A stretch of 64,000 bases of DNA, taken from NCBI GenBank assembly GCA_947475065.1, contig CANJLB010000003.1, positions 20,214 to 84,213 on the forward strand, read 5' to 3'. Under the pieces are notes generated by a model. It was not told where the DNA came from, did no database searches, and saw only the letters and a list, made by a program, of their open reading frames with translations. Below are positions 29,348 through 37,614 of the stretch, one piece after another. The stretch is from Opitutia bacterium (GTDB lineage: Bacteria > Verrucomicrobiota > Verrucomicrobiia > Opitutales > Opitutaceae). The translations under genes and the position numbers were made by a program. Position 1 is the stretch's first letter; each line of letters opens with the position of its first letter.

Positions 29348-30577
29348 ATGTCCACGCTCACCGCCTCCCGTCGCCTCGCCGCCGCCCTGCTCGCCGCCGT
29401 CTGCGCCCTCCCGCTGCCTGCCCAGCCGGCCGCTCCCGCCCCCGCGCCAGCGGCCCCGCCTGCGCGTGGTCCCGGGCCCGGCGGCGGCCGGGGCGGTCGC
29501 GGTGGGGGTGGTGGCGCGCTCAACTCTCCCGAGGTCAACGCCGCCGAGCGCACCTTCACCGTGCGCTTTCGCGCACCCAACGCCCAGACCGTCACCGTCA
29601 TCGGTGAGCTCGACGGACGGGAGCACCCCATGACCAAGGCCGACAACGGCGTCTGGTCAGCCACCATCGGTCCCCTCGCGCCCGACACCTACAACTACCA
29701 GTTTCGCGTGGACGGCATCGTCGCCATGGACCCCGCCAACCCCAATGTGAAGCTCGGCTTCGGCTCGTTCCCGCCCGCCAATCTCGTCGAGATCCCCGGC
29801 AGCGAGACCGCCTTTCAGGACACGCGCGATGTGCCGCACGGCACCGTTCGCCTCGAGACCTACCACGCCAAATCCCTTGGCGGTGCGGCCCGCACGCTCT
29901 GGATCTACACCCCGCCCGGCTACGACGCCCGCACGGACCGCTACCCCGTGTTCTACCTTCTGCACGGCTCCGGCAACACCGATTCGAGCTGGTTCCTCAC
30001 CGGCCGCGAGAACACCATTCTCGACAACCTCATCGCCGACGGCAAGGCCCGGCCCATGATCCTCGTCAACCCCCTCGGCTATGCCCGCACCGGCATCGGC
30101 ACCGGCCCCGACCGCCCGCTTAACGCCGAGGCCGCCGGCCCCGGCTTCTGGTTCGAGCGCGAGGTCTTGCAGGACATCATCCCTTATGTGGACGGCAAGT
30201 TCCGCACCCTCGCCGATGCCGACCACCGCGCGCTCGGCGGCCTCTCGATGGGCGGCGGCCACACCATCCAGATCGGCTTCCCCAACCTCGACACTTTTCA
30301 CTCCCTTGTCATCATGAGCTACGGCGTCGCCAACTCCGACCAGACCTATCCTGCCTTCTTCGCCGACTCCGCCGCGACCAACCAGAAGCTGAAGTTCCTC
30401 TGGCTTGGCGTCGGCTCCGACGACACCCTCGTGGGCAACGGTGCCCGCGCGCTGGAGGCCACGCTCACCGCCCGGGGGATCAAACACGCGCCGTTCTGGG
30501 TGCTGCCCGGCGCGCGCCACGAATGGGTCGTCTGGCGTTACGCCCTGCGCGACGTCGCGCCGCAGTTGTTCCGCTGA
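29348..30577 (+). CDS. secreted esterase (PF00756-like) with CBM48-like N-domain, paralog 2
   Basis: Signal peptide, Gly/Arg-rich tract, FRAPNAQTVTVIGEL...NGVWS, esterase core (YLLHGSGNTDSSWF...GLSMGGGH). Paralogous to 11148 and 47505. Confidence 0.8.
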   Translation: MSTLTASRRLAAALLAAVCALPLPAQPAAPAPAPAAPPARGPGPGGGRGGRGGGGGALNSPEVNAAERTFTVRFRAPNAQTVTVIGELDGREHPMTKADNGVWSATIGPLAPDTYNYQFRVDGIVAMDPANPNVKLGFGSFPPANLVEIPGSETAFQDTRDVPHGTVRLETYHAKSLGGAARTLWIYTPPGYDARTDRYPVFYLLHGSGNTDSSWFLTGRENTILDNLIADGKARPMILVNPLGYARTGIGTGPDRPLNAEAAGPGFWFEREVLQDIIPYVDGKFRTLADADHRALGGLSMGGGHTIQIGFPNLDTFHSLVIMSYGVANSDQTYPAFFADSAATNQKLKFLWLGVGSDDTLVGNGARALEATLTARGIKHAPFWVLPGARHEWVVWRYALRDVAPQLFR

Positions 30578-30579
30578 TA

Positions 30580-30642
30580 TTTCTGATTCCACGACTGGTA
30601 TCTTGTCGAATGGGTCGTGACATTGATCGCGAAGTAACTTCA
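30580..30642 (+). pseudogene. decayed partial copy of the 3' end of the alpha/beta-hydrolase gene
   Basis: ttccacgactggtatcttgtcgaatgg + gtcgtgacattgatcgcgaagt matches 28968-28994 + 29073-29094 of the hydrolase gene. An exact 78-bp internal deletion and a few substitutions separate them. Confidence 0.6.
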
Positions 30643-31051
30643 TCACGCCTGGCGTTCACAGGAATTATCGTGCGCATCTGACCTGAAAAAAGCGAGTTGC
30701 GAAAACTAGGGTGTCGGGATGCTTGATCGCCGGAGCCGTGTCCCCATGTTCGCTTCCGTCTGAGTTCTTTCACCGCCTAAGGCGACGCCGCTTCCTCGGC
30801 GTCAACACGGGGGAACCAATATCCGCTGCGCTCTCTCGCGGCGGACGGGGCGAACGGACGCAGGCGACTGCGCCCAAGGTCACTTCCTAGGACCAAGCCC
30901 GTCAGCTAACCTCGTCGGCAATGGGAAGGGTGATCCACTAGGGCTCCCGCCTCGGCGGGATGTCCCCACGGTCGCTCCAACGCAATCGCACCGTCGTGTG
31001 CATACGGGAATACCGTGTGTGCCGCCGGGGCACTTCACGGAGATTAATCCT

Positions 31052-32950
31052 ATGACCGCCTTGTTCTCATCCCCCTCGGATGTCGTGCGCCTGCTCGCGC
31101 ACCTCTTGCTCATCGGCGCGGGCCTCGTGCTCGTGGGCTTCGCCTGTCAGAGCCGCCGCCCTGCCGCCCGCCTCTGCTTCGGTGCGGTGGCGCTCGCCTT
31201 TGCCGTCGCCGCGATCCTGCTGGCCGAGAGTTGGCCGGAGCGCGCGCTGCTGCTCTCCGGCGGCCTGATCTTCGCACCGGCGCTGCTCGGCCTGGTGGTC
31301 ATTCGCGAAAGCCAGGTCGGCGTCGTCATCAAGAAGTTTTCCCCGCGTTCGCTGCCTGCCGGCCAGTTCATCGCGCTCGACGGCGAGGCTGGCTACCAGG
31401 CCGACACGCTCCCGCCCGGGGTGCATTTCGGCCGCTGGTTCTGGCAGTTTTCCATCGTGAAATTTCCGGTGGTGGTCGTACCGCAGGGCGAGGTGGCGCT
31501 CGTGGTCGCCGCCGCCGGCATACCCATCCCCGCCGAGCGCATCCTCGCCAAAGTGGTCGCCTGCGACAGCTTTCAGGACGCCCGCAAGTTTCTGCTCGGC
31601 GGCGGCGAGAAAGGCCGCCAGCTCGGCCTGCTTACCGCCGGCACCTACCGGATCAACCCGGCAATGTTTCAGGTCATTACCGGCCGTCCGATCACGCTCA
31701 TCCAGCCGGATCAGGTTGGCATCGTCACGACGCTCGACGGACGCCCGATTGACCCTGGCGAGATCGCCGGGCCGTTATTGGGCGGTCACGAAAACTTCCA
31801 AAATGCCCAGGCGTTCATCGCGGGCGGCGGCCGGCGCGGGCTGCAGGAACAGGTGCTGCTCTCCGGCTCCTGGAACCTCAACCCGTGGTTCGCGCAGGTC
31901 GAGCAGGTGCCGATGCTCAGCATCCCCATCGGCTCCGTCGGCGTGGTCATCTCCTTTGTCGGCCTGGCACACGAGGATGTGAGCGGCGCGGCCTTCAAGC
32001 ATGGTGATCTTGTCAACGTGGGCCACAAGGGCGTGTGGGTTTCGCCGCTCTATCCCGGCAAGCACCCGGTCAACACCCGCGTGATGCGCGTCGAGCTCGT
32101 GCCCACCACCAACATCGTCCTCAACTGGGCCAACCGCACGGAGTCGCACCACTTCGATGAAAAGCTCAGCTCCATCACGGTCCGCTCCAAGGATGGCTTT
32201 GCGTTCAACCTCGATGTGGCGCAGATCATCCATGTCGGCGCGCCCGACGCGCCCAAGGTCATCTCGCGCATCGGCTCGATGCAGAACCTGGTGGACCATG
32301 CCCTCCAGCCGATTGTTGGAAACTACTTCCGCAATTCCGCGCAACACCACACCGTGCTGGATTTCCTCAATGCCCGGAGCGACCGCCAGGCCGAGGCTTC
32401 GGCCCATATCCGCATCGCGCTCGCTGCCTATGACGTGCAGGCCATTGACACGCTCATCGGGGACATCACGCCGCCCGCCGAACTGATGAAAACCCAGACC
32501 GACCGCAAGATCGCCGAGGAGGAAAGGAAGACCTATGAGACGCAGGAGGCCGCTCAACGCCAGCGGCAGGAACTCGTGAAAGCCACCGCACTCGCCAACA
32601 TCCAGCAGCAGATGGTGGACGCCGACCAGGGCGTGCGCATCGCCGAGCTGCATGCGCAATCCGCCATCCGCTGCGCCAACGGCGAGGCCGAGTCCACGAA
32701 GCTCCGCGCACTGGGTGAGGCCGACGCCATCCGGGCCACTGGCAACGCCAAGGCCGAGGCCTACCGCGCCGGGGTCGAGGCGATCGGCGGCGCGAACTAC
32801 ACGCTCATGCAGCTCACGCAGACGCTCGCCGAACGAAACATGCGCATCGTGCCCGACGTGTCGGTCACTGGTGCGCAAGGCGGCAACGGCCTGCTCGACT
32901 CGATGCTTGCGCTGCTCGCACGGGAGAAAACCGACCGGAAGGCCGCCTGA
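31052..32950 (+). CDS. SPFH/band-7 (flotillin-like) membrane protein
   Basis: Two N-terminal TM helices, SPFH core and a long C-terminal coiled coil rich in EA repeats (flotillin-like). Started at the internal Met. Confidence 0.75.
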   Translation: MTALFSSPSDVVRLLAHLLLIGAGLVLVGFACQSRRPAARLCFGAVALAFAVAAILLAESWPERALLLSGGLIFAPALLGLVVIRESQVGVVIKKFSPRSLPAGQFIALDGEAGYQADTLPPGVHFGRWFWQFSIVKFPVVVVPQGEVALVVAAAGIPIPAERILAKVVACDSFQDARKFLLGGGEKGRQLGLLTAGTYRINPAMFQVITGRPITLIQPDQVGIVTTLDGRPIDPGEIAGPLLGGHENFQNAQAFIAGGGRRGLQEQVLLSGSWNLNPWFAQVEQVPMLSIPIGSVGVVISFVGLAHEDVSGAAFKHGDLVNVGHKGVWVSPLYPGKHPVNTRVMRVELVPTTNIVLNWANRTESHHFDEKLSSITVRSKDGFAFNLDVAQIIHVGAPDAPKVISRIGSMQNLVDHALQPIVGNYFRNSAQHHTVLDFLNARSDRQAEASAHIRIALAAYDVQAIDTLIGDITPPAELMKTQTDRKIAEEERKTYETQEAAQRQRQELVKATALANIQQQMVDADQGVRIAELHAQSAIRCANGEAESTKLRALGEADAIRATGNAKAEAYRAGVEAIGGANYTLMQLTQTLAERNMRIVPDVSVTGAQGGNGLLDSMLALLAREKTDRKAA

Positions 32951-32971
32951 GATCCGTCCCGCACCGCAGAC

Positions 32972-32996
32972 CTGCCCGCAAGGGCAGGGCTTTCCC
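32972..32996. terminator. putative bidirectional intrinsic terminator between convergent genes
   Basis: cctgcccgcaagggcagggcttt hairpin between the flotillin and malQ stops. Confidence 0.4.
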
Positions 32997-33135
32997 GGGC
33001 ACCCGCGTCTCTCCCTCCATTTCTATCATCATCGGCCGTGTCCCTGAGGACGCGGAAACGGCATACTCTGCGGTGCAGCTGGTTCGGGTCGGTTTTCAAT
33101 TCGCGCGACCCGTGCCTCGAACTCGGCGTTTTCGT

Positions 33136-34764
33136 TTAAGATGAGGTGGTGCGTGCGGCAAAGGGCAGGCGGCCGTAGAGGCGGCCGAGTTCGCGAAGAT
33201 ACGGCGCGCTTTCCCGATGAAGTTTTTCAAGCTGCCCGGGAGCGTAGCGCCATTGCCAGTTGCCATCGGGTTTGCCCGGCAGATTGAAGCGAGCCTCACT
33301 GCCGAGGCCAAGGCAGTCTTGCAGCGGAATCACCGCGAGGTTGCTCACGGCCGTGTAGGCGGCACGGATGAAATCCCAGCCGACCTCGCCGCCGCTGACG
33401 CGCAGATAACGGCGGAGATGGTCGCGGGTTTTTTCGTCGGACGCCGCATACCAGCCGGGGGTGGTGTCGTTGTCATGGCTTCCGGGATAGATGACGCTGT
33501 TGGCACGGAGATTGTGGGGCAGATAGGCGTTGTCACTGCTGCCGCCAAAAGCGAACTGAAGGATCACCATGCCGGGCAGGCCCGTGGCGTCGCGCAGGGC
33601 GAGCACACCCGGCGTGAGGTCACCAAGATCTTCGGCAATGAGGCGCGCTTCCGGCAGGGCGGCGCGCACAGCGCGGAAGAACGCGAGACCGGGGCCAGGT
33701 TTCCACTGGCCGGTGCGCGCGGTGGGCGCACCGGCGGGGATTGACCAATAGGAGTCGAAGGCCCGGAAATGGTCAATGCGGACAATGTCGCAGAGCGCGA
33801 AGTTGGCGCGCAGGCGGGCGAGCCACCACGAATAATTATCAGCGGCATGGGCGGACCACTCGTAGAGCGGGTTGCCCCAGAGCTGGCCGTCGGCCGAGAA
33901 ATAGTCGGGCGGCACCCCGGCGACAGCGAGCGGGCGGCCGGTCTTTTGGTCGAGCTGGAAAAGCTCGGGACGTGACCATGCGTCGGCGCTGTCGAGAGCG
34001 GCGAAGATGGGCGCGTCACCGATAAGCGCGACTCCGGCGTCGCGCGCCTTGGCGCGCACCTGCGCCCACTGACCGAAGAAGAGGTATTGCACGAAAGCGT
34101 AGGCTTCGGCGCGTTCGAGGAGGGTGGCGGCAAGCGGGCTGGCCTTGGCGCGGGCATAAAAACGGATATCCTCCGGCCAGGTCCACCACGGCTGGCCGTT
34201 CCGGTGATCCTTGAACGCCATGTAGAGCACATAGGCGTCGAGCCAGTGCGCGTGCGCGGCCCGAAACGCGGCAAAATCGCCGTAGGGTTGGGCACCACGT
34301 GCACGAAAGTTTTTATGGGCCCGAAACAGCACGGGCCATTTCGCGGCGTAAAGCCAGCCGTAGTCTACACGGTCGCTGGGCAGTGCGCGCAGCGGCGCAA
34401 GGTCGGCGTCGGTCAGCAACCCGGCGGAGACGAGCGGCCGTAGATCAATGAGGTAGGGGTTACCGGCAAACGCTGAAAAGCATTGGTAAGGCGAGTCGCC
34501 ATACCCAGTTGGCCCGAGCGGGCAGACCTGCCAGTGGCCGATGCCCGCGTCGCGCAGAAATGCGATCCAATTGTCCACCGCGCCATCGAGCACGCCAACG
34601 CCTTGGTCGGACGGAAAGGACGTGGGATGCAGAAGCGCGCCGGCACTTCGTGCGGAGAGCCAGTCGAAAAGTTTTGAGGCGACGTCCGGCGATGTTACAG
34701 GATTCACAGGTAGGGATGGGGTGTAGCCTCCAAGTTTCCCAGAAGCAACCGATTCCTCGATCAA
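33136..34764 (-). CDS. malQ: 4-alpha-glucanotransferase (amylomaltase, GH77)
   Basis: GALLHPTSFPSDQGVGVLDG N-terminal motif and GH77 catalytic regions (GDAPIFAALDSAD, WGNPLYEW). 542 aa. Confidence 0.9.
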   Translation of the reverse strand: MIEESVASGKLGGYTPSLPVNPVTSPDVASKLFDWLSARSAGALLHPTSFPSDQGVGVLDGAVDNWIAFLRDAGIGHWQVCPLGPTGYGDSPYQCFSAFAGNPYLIDLRPLVSAGLLTDADLAPLRALPSDRVDYGWLYAAKWPVLFRAHKNFRARGAQPYGDFAAFRAAHAHWLDAYVLYMAFKDHRNGQPWWTWPEDIRFYARAKASPLAATLLERAEAYAFVQYLFFGQWAQVRAKARDAGVALIGDAPIFAALDSADAWSRPELFQLDQKTGRPLAVAGVPPDYFSADGQLWGNPLYEWSAHAADNYSWWLARLRANFALCDIVRIDHFRAFDSYWSIPAGAPTARTGQWKPGPGLAFFRAVRAALPEARLIAEDLGDLTPGVLALRDATGLPGMVILQFAFGGSSDNAYLPHNLRANSVIYPGSHDNDTTPGWYAASDEKTRDHLRRYLRVSGGEVGWDFIRAAYTAVSNLAVIPLQDCLGLGSEARFNLPGKPDGNWQWRYAPGQLEKLHRESAPYLRELGRLYGRLPFAARTTSS

Positions 34765-34838
34765 GATACGTATTAGACATAATGTTTATTGTGCGTAGTA
34801 TTATACAAGATGCGGCTTGCACCGCTCCAGCTGAAGGG

Positions 34839-37547
34839 ATGGATATATCTCCTTCATCCCCTATGTCTGAAACGCCCGCACCTTCTGCATCTGCCGCCTC
34901 CTTTCTTCCGCGCCCACTGGTCTGGCTTGTCGCCTGCCTGCTCCTCGCGGGCTACGGGGGAATGTGCCTCAAAATCGCGAACACCACATCGCCGACGTTT
35001 GACGAACCCGACCATCTGGCGGTCGGATACTATGCCTTGGTGACGGGTTACCGCCCCTACACCAACATCAATCTGACATTTACCCAGATGTGGTCCGCGC
35101 TGCCGCTGGTGCTGGCCAAGACGCCGCCGGAGATTGAGCTGCCGCCCAACCCGGCTGCCCCGGCTCCACCGCCGTTGCTCAGCAAGCTGGGCAGTGACCC
35201 TGGGGCGCCGAAATATCGGCCCGTCAGCCTGCCCGTCCGGATGATCCGTGCCCTGGTGCCATTCACCTTGTTTGACAAAGCACCCCATTTTCCCACCGCA
35301 GCGGAACAGCTGGCTGGAAGTGCCACCGGAATCAATTACGGCCGGCTGTTTTATTTCGACTCCCGCAACGACACGGAAAAAATCGTCTTTTGGAGCCGGG
35401 CCATGATCACGATTCTTGCCGTCGCTCTCGGCGCGGTGCTGTTCCTGTGGGCGCGACGCCTCTGGGGCGATTTGGCCGGTCTGGTGACACTCGTGTTTTA
35501 CTGTCTTAATCCGCAGACCATTGCGCTCGGTTCGTTTGCAACGACGGATATTGCCTCGACGCTGTTCTTCACCCTGGCGATCGCTGCCGTCTGGCGGCTG
35601 CTGCACCGGGTGAGCCTGCTCAATATCGTGCTGACCGGCCTCGCGGCCGGGGTGCTGGGCGCGACCAAGATCAGCAGTCTGATCATTATCCCCGTCACAG
35701 GGTTGCTGCTCATTGTTCGTGTGTATGACGGCCGGGCGTTGGAATATAAACTGCCGGGGCTGGCTCCCGTGACGGGGCCGCATGGACGGTGGGCCCGGTT
35801 CAGAATGCTTTTGCTCGCACTGGCATGCGCCGTGGCCGTCGCCTATGTGACGCTCTGGGCTTTTTACGGCTTTCGCTACACTGCCATCTCCCAAGAGTCG
35901 CTCGAAGAAAACTGGAGGGCTAACGCCATGGTCCAGGCCCATCTCGCGCCCGCATTGATCAAATTTAGCCGTGCGCATCACCTGCTGCCCGAGGCCTACC
36001 TCTTCGACCTGCATCAGTTCACCACCACCGGCAGCATCCGGCGCGCCTTTCTCATGGGCGAGTATTCGGTGGACGGCTGGTGGTATTTTTTCCCGATGGC
36101 ATGGCTCTTCAAGACCCCGCTGCCCTTCATGTTCGCGCTGGGCGTGGGTGTCGTGCTGCTGTGGCGGGCACGGCGCGAGCAGGCGGCGGCGCTCTGGTCG
36201 CTCGCGCCGCTGCTGGGGTTCAGTTTGGTCTATGGCATGAGCGCGGTGGCGGGCAATCTCAACATCGGGGCACGCCACCTGCTGCCGATTTATCCGGTGT
36301 TGTTTCTGCTGGCTGGTTTTGCCACGCGCCTCCGGCTGGGGCCGATGTGGCGGCCGGTGTGGATCGCCGGCGTATGTCTCTGGTCGGCGGCCGAGGCAGC
36401 GACGGTGCATCCGCACTATCTCGCTTATTTCAACGAGCTGGCCGGCGGTTCCGTGCACGGCCACCGCATCCTGGTGGACAGCTCCTATGAGTGGGGCGAG
36501 GGCCTGCCCGAGGTAAAGCGCTGGCTGGCCGCACGCGAGGCGAGGGCGACGGAGGGCAAGCCGAATTTGCCGGTCTATATGTCCTACTTCGGCGTTGCCG
36601 ACCTGCCCCACTATGGGATCCATCCGATTTGGGGCGCCGGCGACAAGGGCAATGTCGTCATGCTCCCGTCGTTCTACGACCAGCGCCCGGTTCGTCCTTA
36701 CGACCTCGGAGCCGGCACCTACATTATCAGTGCCACGATGCTTAAGAGCGTTTATGGGGCGAAGGTCTTTGGGCCGTGGCGGCCTTCGTGTGAGGATAGA
36801 TTTCAAGCGCTTGCCCCTGAAATGGTCCGGCTCCGGCTGTTGCTGACCACGACCGACCAGGCCACCCGTAACGAACTGCTGGAAAAAGACGGACGCAATT
36901 TTGTCAAACAGACGGCGCTGCAAAAGCTCGCCGATGCCGACAACCCCGCCAAGCTCTCACGTGAGCGGGCGATCGCCTTCGCCAAAAGCATTCTCGAACA
37001 GCAGAACAAAACTGCTGAATTTACCAAGCAATTTCCCGACCCGGTGGGGCTGGATAACGCCTTGGATCGGGCTGGCCGGGACGTGGTCAAGCAGCAGGCC
37101 CAACAGCAAATCGCCACGGCCGGGACCATCACCCTGTCGCGCGAACAGGCCATCCAGTCTGCCATGGAGGCGGCTGCCCAGCAGGGCAAAACGGACGAAG
37201 TGGCCAAGATCTACCCCGATGCAGCCGCCCGTAACAATTTCTACGAGCAGAAGGGTCAGGAACTGTTCGTACAGCTCAAGCAGCAGTTCATCCAGCTCGC
37301 CGACCAAACTTGGCTGCAAGAGATCGCTGAGTACGATCAGTTGCGGTTCTTCCGGTTGTGCGCCTACCTCCGCGCCCGCGAGCCGGAGGCGCGCATCGGC
37401 TATGGTATCCTCGTCTTCGAGTTGACGGCGGAAGAGGTCAACGAGGCCATTTCGCCCACCAGCGCCCCGAAGGAGCTGCGTCGCGGCTACTTGGTCAAGG
37501 GGACAGAGACCCGCACCGAGCCGGGTCAGATAGACTTCATTCGCTGA
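34839..37547 (+). CDS. GT39/ArnT-like (PMT family) membrane glycosyltransferase with ~320-aa C-terminal helical domain
   Basis: Started at the internal Met (MDISPSS...). Multiple TM helices with the DEPDH-type loop (FDEPDHLAVGYY) characteristic of GT-C/PMT family transferases. The C-terminal domain is Gln/Ala-rich and predicted helical. Confidence 0.65.
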   Translation: MDISPSSPMSETPAPSASAASFLPRPLVWLVACLLLAGYGGMCLKIANTTSPTFDEPDHLAVGYYALVTGYRPYTNINLTFTQMWSALPLVLAKTPPEIELPPNPAAPAPPPLLSKLGSDPGAPKYRPVSLPVRMIRALVPFTLFDKAPHFPTAAEQLAGSATGINYGRLFYFDSRNDTEKIVFWSRAMITILAVALGAVLFLWARRLWGDLAGLVTLVFYCLNPQTIALGSFATTDIASTLFFTLAIAAVWRLLHRVSLLNIVLTGLAAGVLGATKISSLIIIPVTGLLLIVRVYDGRALEYKLPGLAPVTGPHGRWARFRMLLLALACAVAVAYVTLWAFYGFRYTAISQESLEENWRANAMVQAHLAPALIKFSRAHHLLPEAYLFDLHQFTTTGSIRRAFLMGEYSVDGWWYFFPMAWLFKTPLPFMFALGVGVVLLWRARREQAAALWSLAPLLGFSLVYGMSAVAGNLNIGARHLLPIYPVLFLLAGFATRLRLGPMWRPVWIAGVCLWSAAEAATVHPHYLAYFNELAGGSVHGHRILVDSSYEWGEGLPEVKRWLAAREARATEGKPNLPVYMSYFGVADLPHYGIHPIWGAGDKGNVVMLPSFYDQRPVRPYDLGAGTYIISATMLKSVYGAKVFGPWRPSCEDRFQALAPEMVRLRLLLTTTDQATRNELLEKDGRNFVKQTALQKLADADNPAKLSRERAIAFAKSILEQQNKTAEFTKQFPDPVGLDNALDRAGRDVVKQQAQQQIATAGTITLSREQAIQSAMEAAAQQGKTDEVAKIYPDAAARNNFYEQKGQELFVQLKQQFIQLADQTWLQEIAEYDQLRFFRLCAYLRAREPEARIGYGILVFELTAEEVNEAISPTSAPKELRRGYLVKGTETRTEPGQIDFIR

Positions 37548-37614
37548 GGTGCGCCAAGTTAGCGCCAGCAGAGCGGTGCGCTACTCGTGCCAGCCGGCCG
37601 TGGGAGCTACCGCC

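Noticed and set aside
30645-31050. Considered RNase P RNA, tmRNA, SRP RNA or a cobalamin riboswitch in the long non-coding stretch
   Set aside because: None of the universally conserved cores (GGAAAGUCCGG, tag-peptide ORF plus tRNA-like end, SRP domain IV, B12 box) could be found on either strand. Kept only as a low-interest structured-region note.
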